NCBI RefSeq assembly: GCF_004010195.1
Contig: NC_057748.1
Location: 15,679,190 to 15,743,189, forward strand
DNA from: Chiloscyllium plagiosum
Lineage: Eukaryota
Direction: 5' to 3'
DNA length: 64,000 nucleotides
Position 1 is the first letter of the stretch; every line of letters starts with the position of its first letter. The notes beneath the pieces were generated by a model that saw only the letters and a program-made list of their open reading frames with translations, was not told where the DNA came from and made no database searches. The translations under genes and the position numbers were made by a program. This document shows positions 37,190 to 51,131 of this stretch, in pieces.

Positions 37190-37575
37190 AATGGTGGCTC
37201 AGTGCATTCTCAACTGAATCAGAAAGTTGGGGGCTTCTAACCTCAAACCAGAATCTGAGGACAAAATCCAGGCTGACACACTGACTGCTGCACTGAGGGA
37301 GTACTACACTGTTAGAGGTAGCAGCCACTTGAATGAAACTTTAAATCTTCTGCCTTCTCAGGTGGGCTGTACAGATCCCATTCTACAATTCCAGGAGAGT
37401 TAGACCTGTGTCCTGATGATTATTTATCCCTCAATCGACTGGTTAACAGGAGACAATAATTTTACTGTCTGTGAAAGCTTTGTATGTGCCAATTGCCTGT
37501 TACATTTCGTGTTGACTGGAAAGTATTAGGTACATTCAAAATCTGTGGAAAACATAATTTTGAATACAAGTCTTT
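37190..37575 (+). mobile_element. Deu-domain SINE (SacSINE1/AmnSINE1-like)
   Basis: ctgagggagtactacactgttagaggt...gaatgaaactttaaa...ctcaggtgg...gatccca...tatttatccctcaa resembles the recalled Deu-domain consensus. Confidence 0.65.
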
Positions 37576-39236
37576 CTCCGTCACTGTAAATTATGAGGCA
37601 GGAAAATTCTGTGTGAGTCTCCCTTTCAACCTTTCTCAGTCCTAACTTGTATCCCATGAAAGTCAAACCCTTCAACACAGGGAACAACTTGGTCATTTGT
37701 CAGGGAATCACCTAATTTCTTGAAATGGGATGATTCACTCGATTCCTTTCCCAAGTTGACTGCGATCTGGTCATATCTGTAAGGATATAAAGAAATAGTG
37801 TTTGCTTTCTTTCTGAGACATTTGTTCCTTCAATGGGCTGAATGGCCTACTCCTGTTTCTGTGTTTCTATTGTACAGGGTTGTAGTGACGGGATGGGTTA
37901 AAGGTATTAAAGTGTTTGACCAGTGAAGATCGGGAATGATGGGGTAGGCTTGATGGACTGAATGACCTATTCCTATTCCTGTTGTTCTGTAATTGTTTCA
38001 GCACTATATTCCAGCACTATAATCTTCCTCAGTGTATCTGCCATTTGTTAGGGTTTAATTATTTTATATGAGGAGGCAATATTTGAATATTCCATCAACT
38101 ACAGGAAATTTATTTACAGATACGTTCTTCAGTGCATAGCACAAGTAGCAATATTTGGAAAATCAAACTTGTGATACGAGTTCAGATGGTGTAGGGCCAC
38201 TGTTGAACACATTGATTTGTTCTTTTTACCTGCTGTTTAATATAACTCCTGGATCATGTTCTCTTGATGCTCATTTCTGTATCTGCACAGCACTCAGTAT
38301 AATTTTTAAACTATATCCCTAGATTACAATTTGGTGTAATTTCGATTTCTCCATAATTCAAAAGATGGAAGGTTTTGGGACTAGCTACAGTTATGGTTAC
38401 TGGAAGCTTGTGCCTTTCTGCATTCTATGTTTTGAGTCTCAAGTATCATTGAAAAGGATGAAGCCTTTTGACCCTGTCACAGAAAATGGATTATATTGTC
38501 GTGCTCTGCTCCGTAAGCATGGACTGATGTGCAATTGAGCGTAGCCCCTGTAAAGGTGGAGTGGAGGGACTAGAATCACAGGCCTCCTTTTATTAATTTT
38601 GAGCTTTTAACTATGTGGAGATTGTCATCATGTGTGAATTTTCCAGGTTGGCAAGTTATGCATAACATTACCTTGTAATTCTCTCAGTAAATCTCTTTGC
38701 CTCTCCACTTCCCTCTCATCCTTTTAAAATCTTCCTTATAATCCACTTTTTTGACCATCTTTTGACCACATCTCGCAACGCCTCCTCCCTTTGTCCAGTG
38801 TCAATTTCTCTGTCTGACTACTCCTCTGCAAAACGCCTCCCGATTGTTTATATTCTACATCCCAGACGCAATACAAATGCAAGTTTTAGTTGTGTGTGGC
38901 AGGCCACTGTCTAACCTATGGTGCCACTAAAGGCAGGTGCTATAATAATTGATGCATATTCAACCTTGCACATTTGAGCATGTCGATTTGGAGATTACTG
39001 AATACAGTTGGCTCTTGAATGCCCTGAAAATAGCATCACACAGTCAGGCAGTGAATGCTAACTGCAAGTATAAACCTTAAGAAGAACCAACCCACAGGTT
39101 TCTCTATTGAGTAATGGTTTCTTTTCAGAGCTTCTAATTGTAGTGCTTTGTTAGGCACCTAGTGATGACTGACAATAAACAGAGGCAACTCCGCATTCTC
39201 GACATTAATCTCCAGCTTCTCTTCTATTTTTTGCAG

Positions 39237-39351
39237 ATACCTTATGAATGTAAGCTTCGAGGGAAGAAACCTTTCCTTCAGTGAAGACGGGTACCAGATG
39301 CATCCCAAATTAGTTATTATCTTACTCAACAAAGAGCGAGTTTGGGAGAAG
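39237..39351 (+). CDS. GRIN2B: NMDA receptor GluN2B-like, internal exon (end of amino-terminal domain)
   Basis: Pyrimidine tract + ttgcag acceptor, donor AG|gtaaag; 115 bp. Translates (R)[38 protein letters not shown], nearly identical to recalled GluN2[39 protein letters not shown]. Not in the ORF track. Confidence 0.95.
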
Positions 39352-39744
39352 GTAAAGACGTTCAGGGGGCTTTCTTTGCAAGGAATATTTACTGCATGCA
39401 TTTGTGTTGTGTGAAATTCTTTGACATCATAATGCAGCAAAAATGCCGTGCACAACTTGTCCACCCTATCCTATGCACCCACCAGCTTAGCCACTAACAG
39501 CAAATACAAGTTGCTGAGGAATGACCCTATCCATAGTTGTAATTGAAAATCTTCATGATTGTTGTATAATCCCTCCTGCTCTTCCTGTCAGCATCACCCG
39601 AAACTAATGCAGCTTTCCACTTGCAATCCTCCAGTGAACCCATCGTTTTAACTGAATATTTAGTCACTTCACCTCACGTCAGCTTGAAATAAAATCAGCA
39701 AGTTCCGGCAATGTGTCTATTGAATGAGAAACAGTGCTAACAGT

Positions 39745-40065
39745 GTGGTACAGTCGCTCAGTAGTTAGCACTGCTGCCTCAGAGCGCAAGGGACCTGGGT
39801 TTGATTTCACCCTTGGGTGACTGTCTGTGTGAAGTTGCATATTCTCCCTGTGTCTGTGTGGGTTTCCTTAGGGTGCTGCGGTTTCCTCCCACAGTCCAAA
39901 GATGTGCAATTTAGGAGGATTGGCCATGGGAAATTGCCCATAGTGTTCAGGGATGATCAGGTTAGGTGGATTAGCAACGGGAATTATGGATCTGGGTGGG
40001 GTATTCTTTGGAAGGTGGACTTGATGGACTGAATGGACTGCTTCCACACTATATGGATTTTATGA
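39745..40065 (+). mobile_element. HE1-type SINE
   Basis: A/B boxes and body homologous to the other copies. Confidence 0.85.
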
Positions 40066-40129
40066 TAATATTTCCAGCCCGGTTTGTTTCATGTTGACTT
40101 TTAGTTTGGCATCCACGTGCCACAGCAAC

Positions 40130-41400
40130 ACAGTGCCATAGTTTGAATAGAGCACAAAAGGAAGACTTTTGATCTGGTGAATCTGCTCCAAGCTCTCTGC
40201 AAGAGCACCTCATCTCATCTCACTTGCCGATGGCTCTGAGAATCTTTTCTCCTCGGGTAATCACCCAATTCCTCTTGAAAGCCATGGCTGAATCTTCCTC
40301 TTCCACATTCCCAGATGACACATTCCAGATCCTAACCACTCACTGCAAAAAATAAATGTCTCTCCTTCTTTTGTCAAGCACTTCGAGCCAGTGCTATCTG
40401 ATTTTAGACTCTGCTGCCAATCAGAACAGTTTCTATTTCTCCAATCTATCCACTTTCCTCATGATAATATCAAATCTTGCCAAATCTTGTCTCAACCTTC
40501 TGTTCTTTAGAAGCACAGTTCCTGGCTTTGCCAAAGTATCCATGTAACTGAAATCTCTCAGACCCAGTATGATCCTCGTAAATCTTTTCTGTCATCTCTC
40601 AAACACAGTCACATTCTTCCCAAATTGTGGTGCCCAGAATTGGACATGATATTCCAGTTAAGGCCAGACCAAAGTTTCATAGAGACTCACCATAGCTTTC
40701 CTGTTTGTACTCTATACCTCTATTTATAAAATCTTGGACTGTGCATACCTTAAACTGCACTCCCTCCCCTGCCACCTTCACCACGTTATAAGGTTCATAA
40801 GTAGACCATTCGACCCCTCATATCTACCCCACCCATTCAATAAGATCACGTCTGATCTGATTACTTCACACGGGGCAAATGTTTTACACAGAAGGTGCTT
40901 CACACGTGGAATGAACTTCCTGAAGAAGTGGTAGATGTGGGTATCATCACAATATTTAATAGGTATCTGGATAAGTACATGAATTGGAAAGGTTTGGCGG
41001 GATATGGGCCAGGAGCAGGCAGCTGGGTCTAGTTTGATTTGGGGTTATGTTCGGCATGGACTGGTTGAACTGAAGGGTCTGTTTCCGTCTGTATGATTCT
41101 ATAACTCCTGTCTCTGCCAGATAACATTTCACCCCTTTGCATAGCCAGAATCTATTGCCTTTGCCTAAAATTGTATTCAAAGACTCTGCTTTCACTCACT
41201 TTTGAGGAAGAGAATTCCAAAGCTTCATTGTTTAAAAATTAGATGCCGTTCATTTTAAACAATTCTCCTTAACTTTGTTTAAAATGAACAGCATCTAATT
41301 TTTAAACAATGACCCCTAGATCTAGATTCTCCCACCAGTGAAAATGACCTCATCACAGCCACCCCGTGAAGACCCTTTAAATTGCTTTTTATCCTTCTAA
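40130..41400. mobile_element. Nested CR1/HER1-like LINE 3' fragments
   Basis: 40870-41105 (+) is a HER1-type 3' end; flanks are minus-strand CR1 pieces (FSLVGESRSRGHCLKIR). Confidence 0.65.
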
Positions 41401-42225
41401 ACACCAGCACATTCAGAGTGGGTAGCTGCAATAACATTTCATGCCAATTAAATGCCGCCAGGTTGATTGTTTTAATCAAGTGGTTATTTTTTGGAAGCAT
41501 TTCCAGAATAGAAACAAGACTTTATTGTGGGTTGGAGTGTTTATTAAATAAGATACTGGTCATTGAGATGATTAGTTGCATCATCTCCATACACAATGCA
41601 GACGTAAGATAAATTAACGAGAACCTTTACAACTTCCCAAATGCCAATCTGTTAAATACTCATCTAAATGGGTGAGCTTGACAGCTCGTTAGTCAATAAC
41701 TAACTGACTCAGATCTGTGCTGATGTATAAAGACCTTGTGTGAGACTTTTAAACAGCCATATATATGAGTTGTTTTCTGAATGATGGTTTCCACATGCAA
41801 CGCATCTGCAGAGAGATGTCAAACCGGTGAACGTTTCTGGTCCACGTCCATCAGGTAACGCTTCAATCTTCTAAACTCAAAAAGAATGGAAGTCACACTT
41901 ATGCATGCTATTCTCATAACGTAACTCTCTACAACCCTCTAAGTCAGTTGTGATACTAATTTGAGGTTCTGTTTACCTATCCAGATATATAATAAAGATA
42001 TTATGGCAATTTTCAAATTGCAAGGGTGAGAGAGGATGTCTATTCAGCATTGATCCCTCAACCAGTGCAACAAATATGGATTAAATTACACTTTTTAATA
42101 GAAATGTATTGTGTGCAGAACTGTTGTTCTTTTTGGCAGCTCACACTCACTTTGAGGCATTACAATCAAAACTCAAATAAGTCCAAGGAGAGGCCATTTA
42201 GCCCACTGTACCTGTTCTATTACTG

Positions 42226-42422
42226 GGCAAAAGTGAGGTCTGCAGATGCTGGAGATCAGAGTCGAGAGTGTAGTGCTGGAAAAGTACAGCAGATGAAGCA
42301 GCATCTGAGGAGCAGGAAAATCAACATTTCCGGCTTGAAGGGCTTTTGTCCGAAATGTCGATTTTCCTGCTCCTTGGATGCTGCCTGACCTGCTGTGCTT
42401 TTCCAGCACCACTCTCTCGACT
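42226..42422. mobile_element. PLE family-1 hairpin mini-element
   Basis: Inverted arms; perfect 14-bp TSD ctgttctattactg (42212-42225, 42423-42436). Confidence 0.85.
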
Positions 42423-42789
42423 CTGTTCTATTACTGCCTCTTCAGCTGGAGCTGTCTACATTAATCCCTTTCCAAATACTTCTTCATATAATTTTGTTTT
42501 TGTTTCTTGCCCGGCCTAATTTTTTTCAATGGCCATGTGTCTTAAAGCATCCTGTGTGATTTTAACATAGAAACATAGAAAATAATAGCAGGAATAGACC
42601 GTTCATCCGTTTGAGCCAAATTTTCCATTCAGTATGACTGTGGCTGATCATCTAACCCAGTCCCCTGTTCCCACTTTCATTTCATATCCTTTGATCCCTC
42701 CAGCCCTAAGGACTATATCTAACTCCTTCTCAAAAATATTCAACGTTTTGGCCTCAACTGTTTCTTGTGGCAGATAATTCCACAGAGTC

Positions 42790-43692
42790 AGTGGCAGATG
42801 GAATTTAATTTAGATAAATGTAAGGTGTTTCATTTTGGAAAGGCAAACCAGGATAGGACTTCTACACTTAAAATGGTAAGGTCCTGGGGAGTGCTGCTGA
42901 ACAAAGCAACAGGTTTGTGCAGGTTCATAATTCCTTGAAAGTGGAATCGCAGGTAGACAGGATGGTGAAGAAGACATTTGGTACGCATGCCTTATTGGTC
43001 AGTGCATTGAGTATAGGAGTTGGGTGATCATATTGTGGCTGTACAGGACATTAGTTAGGCCACCTTTGGAAAACTGCATTCAATTCTGACCTGCATAATA
43101 GAGGAAACTCGTTGTTAAATTTGAAAGGGTGCAAAAAAGATTTAGCAGGATGTTGCCAGGGTTGGAGGGTTTGAGTTTTAGGGGAGGCTAAATAGGCTGG
43201 GGCTTATTTCCCTGCAGTTTTAGAGGCTGAGAGGTTATCTTATAGAGGTTTATATAATAAAGTCTTTTTCCCAAGATGGGGGAGTCTAGTACTAGAGGGC
43301 ATAGGGCCAAGAGTGTGGTGCTGGAAAAGCACAGCAGATCAGGCAGCATCCGAGGAGCAGGAGAATCAACATTTCGGGCATAAGTTCTTCATCAGGAATA
43401 GAGAGCATAGTTTTAAGTGAAAGGGATAGGATTTAAAAAAGGACCTGAGGGGCATTTTTCATGCAGAGGGTGGTGCATGTATGGAATGAGTTGCCAGAGG
43501 AAGTGGTGGAAGCTAGTACAATTGCAATATTTAAAAGGCACCTGGATGAGTATATGAATAGGAAAGATTTAGAGGGATATGGGCCAAAGGCTGTCAAATG
43601 GGACTAGATTAATTTAGGATATCTGATTGTCATTGTCAAGTTGGACTGAAGGATCTGTTTCCATGCTGTACAACTCTACGATTCTATGACTT
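42790..43692 (+). mobile_element. HER1/CR1-like LINE 3' part containing a PLE mini-element (43305-43398, minus)
   Basis: WQMEFNLDKCKVFHFGKAN-like start; TSD tagagggcatag / tagagagcatag around the insert. Confidence 0.85.
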
Positions 43693-44064
43693 TGGGTGAA
43701 GAAATTTCTCCTCATCTCAGTCCTCAATGGCCTACCCTACATCCTTAGACAGTGACCCCTGGTTTTGGGCTCCCTGGGCCTTAAGAACATCATTCCTGCA
43801 TTTACCCTGTCTAATACTATTGACATTTATAGGTTTCTCACCCTCTGTACAAATAAACGTCTTCCAAATGTTTGCAGTGACTGCCAGTTCTGGTAAAAAA
43901 CTGAAAGTCTCACCTTCCCTCATGCTGTCTGACCTGCTGAGTCTTTACAACAATTTCCTTTCTGCTGCAAAGCTGTGGGTCAATCAGAGTTCAGATGGAC
44001 CTTCCTTTAACATATTTTCATTAACGTACCACGGAAAGTTTCATGTGACATGCCAAATGCGACA

Positions 44065-44428
44065 GGGTGGCCCAGTGGTTCAGAGGCCAGCACTGCCTTC
44101 TCATGGCCCCAGAGATCCAGGTTGGATTCCAGCCTTGGGAAACAGTCTGTGAGGAGTTTGCACCTTCTCCCCATGTCTGCCTACGTTTCTACCGGGTGCT
44201 CTGGTTTCCTCCCAAAGTCCAAAGATGTGTAGGTTAGGTGGACTGGCCATGCTAAATTTCCCATTGGTGTCCAAGGATGTGTGGGTTAGCCATGGGAAAT
44301 GCAGTGTTACGGGAATAGGGTTGGGTTTTGTGGGTGGTGGTGGGCTTGGGTGAAATGTTCTTTGAAGGGTCGGTGCATACTTAATGGGCCAAATAGCCTA
44401 CTTCCACACTGTAGAGATTCTATGATTC
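44065..44428 (+). mobile_element. HE1-type SINE
   Basis: Body homologous to other copies; gattctatgattct tail. Confidence 0.85.
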
Positions 44429-44766
44429 TGAGCCTCAAAATGACACAAATGCGACAGGATTCTGAATGTGCTATATCCCAGTGGGACATCTTTTCCTGCA
44501 ATGCCACATCTGGCATGATTCTCTGACCATTAATGGCTCAGGGCATGGTAATGTTGTTAAATTACTGGATGAATAATATACAAAACTGTAATTTCAAACT
44601 GCATAATTACAGGTCTAGCCAAAGAATGAGTCTCATTGGGAACACCATATGAGACTCAACTGACCAGCCGGTGATTCTGGTGACCACCATTTACCATGTG
44701 CCCTCACTTGGGTGCTGCTTATTTGCCTGTTGTTTTGCTCATCAGTCCATGTTTGCTTCTCTCCAG

Positions 44767-44972
44767 GTCGGGAAATGGGAAGCAAAGAGGTTGACCATGA
44801 AGTACCACGTTTGGCCCCGGTACTACTTGTTCTCAGAGTCGGAGGAGGAGGATGACCACTTGAGCATCGTCACGCTGGAGGAAGCGCCATTTGTCATCGT
44901 GGAGGATGTCGACTCACTGAGTGGAACGTGCATGAGAAACACAGTGCCCTGCCGGAAGCAAGTTAAAGCCAT
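44767..44972 (+). CDS. GRIN2B: GluN2B-like exon (ATD-S1 linker and start of S1)
   Basis: ctccag acceptor, AT|gtaagt donor; 206 bp; [68 protein letters not shown]. Confidence 0.95.
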
Positions 44973-46244
44973 GTAAGTTTGGGCAACTTTGATGCATTTT
45001 ACTTTTACAATGATGGTTCACTAATGGGCAGAACAGCCGGGTGGAGGCCTGACTTTAACAATTGTGGAGACTGAGGCAGTGTTGATAGGCAGTATAATGA
45101 GTAGCCATTCTACCTTGGTGCCAAAGGTATGTTTGGCATATATTCCTTTGGCTGTCTGGGCCCTGATTCTCCTTGAGAGAGATTCCTTACTCAAATAGAA
45201 TCTAGGCAGGAGGTGGAGTTGAGGATTATCATATTAACCAAGTTCTCATTAAATGGCAGAGCAGACCCAATGGGCTGAATGGGCTACTTCTAGCTAGAGG
45301 ATGCCCTAGCTAGAGGAATTTTCTCCTCTAGCTAGGGCATCAAGTATTACAAAACAGAGGTTGATAGATTCTTGGATATGAAGACAATTTAGGGCGATAG
45401 AAAGAGTATGGAAAGCTTGAATTGAGATCTTGAATGGTGGAGTCGGCTCAAAGGGCTGAATAGACTACTCCAGCTCATCTCTCTTATACTGTTATGTGAT
45501 GAAATTATCAAAGAAAAGAAGCACTTACACAATCTGCATTAAATCAAGGAATATGGAATGCAATTAAATTTCTCATTAGCTGTTCCATGAAGTGTCTCCT
45601 AGAATCCCTTATCTCCTTGCAGCCAAGGAAGATTATCTGTGCAAATGAGAGCCTTGTACCTCTGGTCGTCCTAATTTTTTTGTCAGATCTATTAATCCTG
45701 CAGATAGTTGCATCACACCCATGAAATGCAAACAGATTGGAGAAGCTTCTGCCCTCCAGGAGCAGGGAACAACTGCAGCCACTTAAAAAACCCATACGGC
45801 ACAGAGACTGCTTCAGCAACAGAGCTGCCTTACAAACAAGAGGAAGAAAGACCACTGACCATCCAGTTTGCCTTTGACTTTCCCAGTACTGTATCGTCAA
45901 GTAATGCAATGACAATGGAGACGTTCAGTAATCATGACAATCAATTTGTCAACTAGAGACTCAGACATGTAGACCTGTTGAAACCATTGAGGCCTAGTTT
46001 TGTCCAATCCTCCTCACTCTGCACAAACTTACCGCATTGTCTCAATGTAAAATATTATTTTCTGAAAGAGACTGAATCTGGACCTGGATAGAGTAGACAC
46101 CTTGGGATATTGTTCCCATTCACATACAAACAGGCACAGATTTAAGGATATTAGCAAAGGTAGCAAATGTGACAAGAGAAAAATACTTTTCCCACAGTCA
46201 ATATTTACAGTCTGGAACGCACTGCCTGACAGGTGAGGTGGAGG

Positions 46245-46369
46245 AGAAAGTGAGGACTGTAAATGCTGGAGCTCAGAGTCGAAAAGTGGGCTGGAAAAGT
46301 ACTGCAGGTCAGGCAGCATCCGAGGAGCAAGACAGTCAATGTTTTGGGCATAAGTGCTTCATCAGGAAT
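46245..46369 (-). mobile_element. PLE family-1 mini-element
   Basis: Ends cttcatcaggaat; TSD gtgaggtggagg / gtgaggtagagg. Confidence 0.8.
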
Positions 46370-47535
46370 GTGAGGTAGAGGCAGGTTTAATCAATACGTA
46401 GATGGATGTTAGTTATGTTTGAAAAGACACAATTTACAGGGTCACACGAATAAGACTAGAGAATGACATTAAGTGAGTTGCTCACATGGAATGCCAGTGC
46501 AAACATGATGGGCCAAATGGTCTTCTTTTTAATGGTTTTCATTGTATAAATCTGCAATTTTGGTTTTGAATGAATCAATGCCAACAGTTTTTACAATGGA
46601 AATGTGGATCTCATTCAATCAATTGACCAGTCACTGAAATATTGATTATTATTTTAATAAAACTCACTGGATGGGAACCCAGAGGATTGGGTAAAAAACT
46701 GTTTTTATGTCAGACTCAAAATTGAGTTCAATAGGAAGTAAAATTGGTTGTCATGGACGACCAAAGTTACACCAGTTTCCTGACAGAGAGGTTTGGTCAA
46801 ACCTGGTCAAACTGTTTCCCAAAATTAGTTTTCCATTTATCTCTTAGATATTGAAAGGCCAACTTTCTGCTGCCAGTACATTGGATATGGTGGCTGTATT
46901 CATTTGTGGAAAGTTGACCAGCAAGGCCAATGTTTATTGTCCTGAGCGGAATGGATTCCCAGGCCATTTTCAAGAGTCAACAAGAGTTACCTACAACGTT
47001 TTTCAACCCTTTCATGCGATGTGGATGTAGCTGGCACTTCCAGCATTTATCACCTGGCTATATTTGCCCTTGAACTGAGTGGCTTGTTACGCCACTTCAG
47101 AGGGTATTTAACAGTCAACCACATTATTGTACGTCTTAAGTCACATCTTGGCCAGACCAGATAAGGAAAGCAGAGGGGTTTTTAGAACAATTGAGAATAG
47201 CTTCATGGTCACTGTTACTGAGTATAGTTTTATATTCCAGATTTATTAATTAAATTGAAATTCCATTAGCTGCCACAGTAAGATTTGAACCTGTGTCCCC
47301 AGAGCATTTGCCAAGGCCTCTGAATTGATAGGCTAATTGCAATATCATTGTCACAGACAAAGAGAGAATGATGGTGAATTTTAGTTATGATTGCTTTTCC
47401 TCTCTTAAGTCCAAGACAGTGAGGTACTGTTGATTTACCCCTTTCTGTCTTAATCCCATCTCTTATTAAGGTAGGCTGAAGGATGTTCCCAAACCATGGT
47501 TTTTGGATTCCAGTTTAAGCCCATAGCAAAAACCT

Positions 47536-47878
47536 TTCATAGAATCCCTACAGTGTGGAATTAGGCCATTCAGCCCATCAAGTCCACACCAACTCTCTGA
47601 AAAACATCCCACCCAGACCCATCTCATCCCTGTAACCATGCATTTGCCATGACTAGCCAGCACACCTCTGGACACAACGGGGGCAATTAGCATGGCCAAT
47701 TCGCCTAGCCTGCACAGCTTTGGACTGTGGGAGGAAACCTGCACACCCAGAGGAAACCCACACAAGCCTGGGGAGACTGTACAAGCTCCTCGCAGACAGT
47801 CATCTGAGTCTGGATTTGAACCCAGGTCCCCTGGTGCTGTGAGGCTGTAGTGCAAATCGCTGAGTCACCGTGTCACCC
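47536..47878 (-). mobile_element. HE1-type SINE
   Basis: Reverse-complement A/B boxes; catagaatccctacagtgtgg tail. Confidence 0.88.
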
Positions 47879-48288
47879 TAAAATGCAATCAAAGATAGGT
47901 TTGTTAACAAAAGACTAAAAAGGTGGGGAGATTGCTTTGTTATTGCAACCACATCCGTAAGTATTAAGCAGGACAGGACCAGACAGGAGATGGGAGACCC
48001 TGAGGAAGGGTCACTGGATGCAAAACATTAACATTGATTTCTCTTCACACTTGCTGCCAGACCTGCTGAGATTTTCTGGCAATTTCTGTTTTTGCTACAA
48101 ATTACATGCTTTAGTAAATCCAGAGATATTAACAATCAGTTCAAATGAATTACAACTTCTCAGATGTCAATGTCCAATGGTAGTTATTGGTGATCAGTGA
48201 CCAGGTCCAATAGTTTTATTTCTTGAAGGCAACTTGTGGGTTTCTTTCTAGCCAGCAACTTGGGGTAAGAGATGGCAATCTGAGGTAG

Positions 48289-48592
48289 GCTATGGTGGCT
48301 CAGTGGTTAGTCCTGCTGCCTCACAGCACCAGGGTCCCAGGTTTGATTCCAGCCTCTATGTGGCGTTTGCACATTCTCCCCATGTCTGCGTGGGTTTCCT
48401 CTGGGTGCTCTGGTTTCCTCCCACAGTCCAAAAATATACAGGTCAGGTAAATTGGCCATGTTAAATGGCCCATAGTGTTAAGGTGCATTAGTCAGAGGGA
48501 AATGGGTCTGGGTGGGTTACTCTTCGGAGGGTTGGTGTGGACTTGTTGGGCCGAAGGGCCTGTTGCCACACTGTAGGGAATCTAATCTAATC
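48289..48592 (+). mobile_element. HE1-type SINE
   Basis: ggtggctcagtggttag, (atcta)n tail. Confidence 0.88.
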
Positions 48593-48984
48593 AACCAACT
48601 CAGCCTGGAGTCCTGCTCTCCCTTTGGAAGTCAAACAGCAAATGACTTAGAATCATAGAATTGTATCCTAAAGCAATTAAACAAGCTCGGTCATAAAGAT
48701 AGTCATTTCAGATGCTGTGGGCCCATCTCGGTGGGATAATTGGAAGGTTGTAACACCAACAGTGTAGCTTTATTTCCCCAGTCAGAGTTACCCATTGCAA
48801 AGTGAAGAAGGGATTGTAAAAACATTAGTGCCCACTTTAACATGATGGGTTTTGAAATTTTCCTTTGTCCAGGGTTGGCTGGAGGGAGGCAGCTCAGCTT
48901 GATGCCCTCTATATAAGGGATATATCTACAATTCCAAGGGTTCACAGCTGCTGGAAATATGATTGACCTCAGCTGTTTTTTGAG

Positions 48985-49187
48985 ACTAGGAGAAAGTGAG
49001 GACTGCAGATACTGGAGAGTCAGAGTTGAAAAGTGTGGCACTGGAAAAGCACAGCAGGTCAGGCAGCATCTGAGGCGCAGGAGAGTCAACGTTTCAGGCA
49101 TAAGCCCTTCATCAGGACATTCATTGATTCTCCTGCTCCTTGGATGCTGCCTGACCTGCTGTGCTTTTCCAGCACCACACTTTTTGA
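48985..49187. mobile_element. PLE family-1 hairpin mini-element
   Basis: Inverted arms; flanking repeat ctcagctgtttt(t/c)tgag (48968-48984, 49188-49204). Confidence 0.8.
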
Positions 49188-49453
49188 CTCAGCTGTTTTC
49201 TGAGTCCAGTAAAGTTGTCCAATTTTAAAAGAAATGCAATTTAGACATCATAATGTAAAAGGGACTGCATTTTTGGGGATGATTTCTGTTTATCCCTCTG
49301 TCCATGATACCATTATACCACCGTCTCCTACCATCCACATTGCTAAGGTTTGGAGTCACATAAAGGCTCAACCTATGAATGATAGCAAATCAATTTCTCT
49401 GAAGGACATCAAATTATTTTTTTAAAAACAAACAGGTAGTTACATAGTCATCA

Positions 49454-49544
49454 TTCCTGATGAAGGGCTTATGCCCAAAACGTTGATTCTCCTGCTCCTC
49501 AGATGCTGCCTGACCAGCTGTGCATCTCCAGCACCACACGCTCG
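49454..49544 (+). mobile_element. PLE family-1 mini-element
   Basis: Starts ttcCTGATGAAGGGCTTATGCCC; TSD acatagt(c/a)atca. Confidence 0.8.
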
Positions 49545-50962
49545 ACATAGTAATCAAAGCTTTTATTAAACAAATAATTGTTTATTGCCTGAATTTAAAT
49601 TCTCTAACTACTATGGTGAGATTTGAGCTTGTACTTCTGGATAATTGACTCAGATTGATGTATTACCAGTAACAAAGCCACTGCACCACTAAATTCTTCT
49701 AAGGCTCCTGAATCTGCAATTGTGTAACTGCATTGTGTTCACCCATTCTGCCAACTAATACTTTTAATACTCTATTTCCTTCCATTGATAAAATGGAATA
49801 TTATTATGGAACAGAAACAGAATGTTGTCGTATGCTCACCATTTTAATTCACAATCTCTGTTTAAGTTTAGGCTGACTTTTTCATGTTCTAGATGATATG
49901 TTTGGGCTACCATGTCAATTATCCCTATTACTACTGCATGATGCATTACTGGCTGAACTTTTCTGATTCTATAACCATTCTGCAAATTGGTAAATGTCAC
50001 ACTGTCATAACATTATATTCAGGCTTAAACTAAGAATGAAATTTATTGTAAAGTTAAAGTAATTACATAGAAGCAAAGTACAGAGCAAAAAATAAAAATA
50101 AAAATAAAAATTGCCACAGGCAGCAATTTTGTTAGAAATGCCTTTGGTATACTATGGTAATTTCACCATGAAAGCACTGAAAGAAAGCCCTGTTTATGCT
50201 CCTTAATGCACTTGGAGGAATATTCTGCTGTTAAAGCAATAGCAGTTCCAAGGCAAGTCCCTCACAATATTTGATTTACTCAATGCACAAACTGTTCCAA
50301 AATAGCAAAAGGACCTGAATTTTATCCAACACTATTTTGTGACCTGAATTCTTGATGAATCTTTCTGTAGGAGTGACTGCCTTGTTGACTGCCTTCACTG
50401 AGTTAGTCCGTGCAAGGAGTTAATCAAAGATCTTAGAGCAGATATATTCTGTTATGTATTCCCTTGAGAAGGAAATGGTTTATTTGAGGAGCAAAGAGAA
50501 CTGTTCTCAATGTCCAGGCAAGCAAGACGTTAATCATTTCAAATACTTAAATAAATAACATGCCAACAGTCCTTTTCTGATTGTTAAGTAGATGTGTTTG
50601 CTCCAGTGTCTTCGTGCCACACATCACATCACTAATATCTAAAAGATGGTGGCTAGAATAGACAAATAAATTACCTGTTAACTTTGTTGTTGCTGTAGAG
50701 AATGATCGTTTTATTGGAAAGGTCTGTAAATGACCTGGGCAAGAGGCAGAAATTACTTTAAAAAATGGAGAAATAATTGCAAAAGCCAAGGTCATAAAAG
50801 CTACGATAGTGGAAAACCTGGGAATAATTCAGTGGAGAGCAGCTTCTGAATCCATAAATTGTGAAGACAGTGTAAGGAGACGAGAACAATCACTGGAAGA
50901 ATCTTCGTCAGCTCTTCATAACAAAAAAAAACCATTTATTTTGTTCTTTTTATTGCTCCCAG

Positions 50963-51131
50963 CAACGAGACTGAAGGAGGAATCTACATCAAGCGGTGCT
51001 GTAAAGGATTTTGTATTGACATTTTGAAGAAAATTGCAAAGTACGTCAAGTTTACATATGATTTATATCTGGTGACAAATGGAAAACATGGGAAGAAAAT
51101 CAACGGGACATGGAATGGCCTGGTTGGAGAA
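50963..51131 (+). CDS. GRIN2B: GluN2B-like exon (S1 ligand-binding segment)
   Basis: ctcccag acceptor, GAA|gtaagt donor; 169 bp, phase matches previous exon; [56 protein letters not shown]. Confidence 0.95.

Noticed and set aside
1-39236. Upstream large ATD exon or promoter of GRIN2B
   Set aside because: No GluN2 ATD-like translation or CpG island was seen; it presumably lies upstream of the window.
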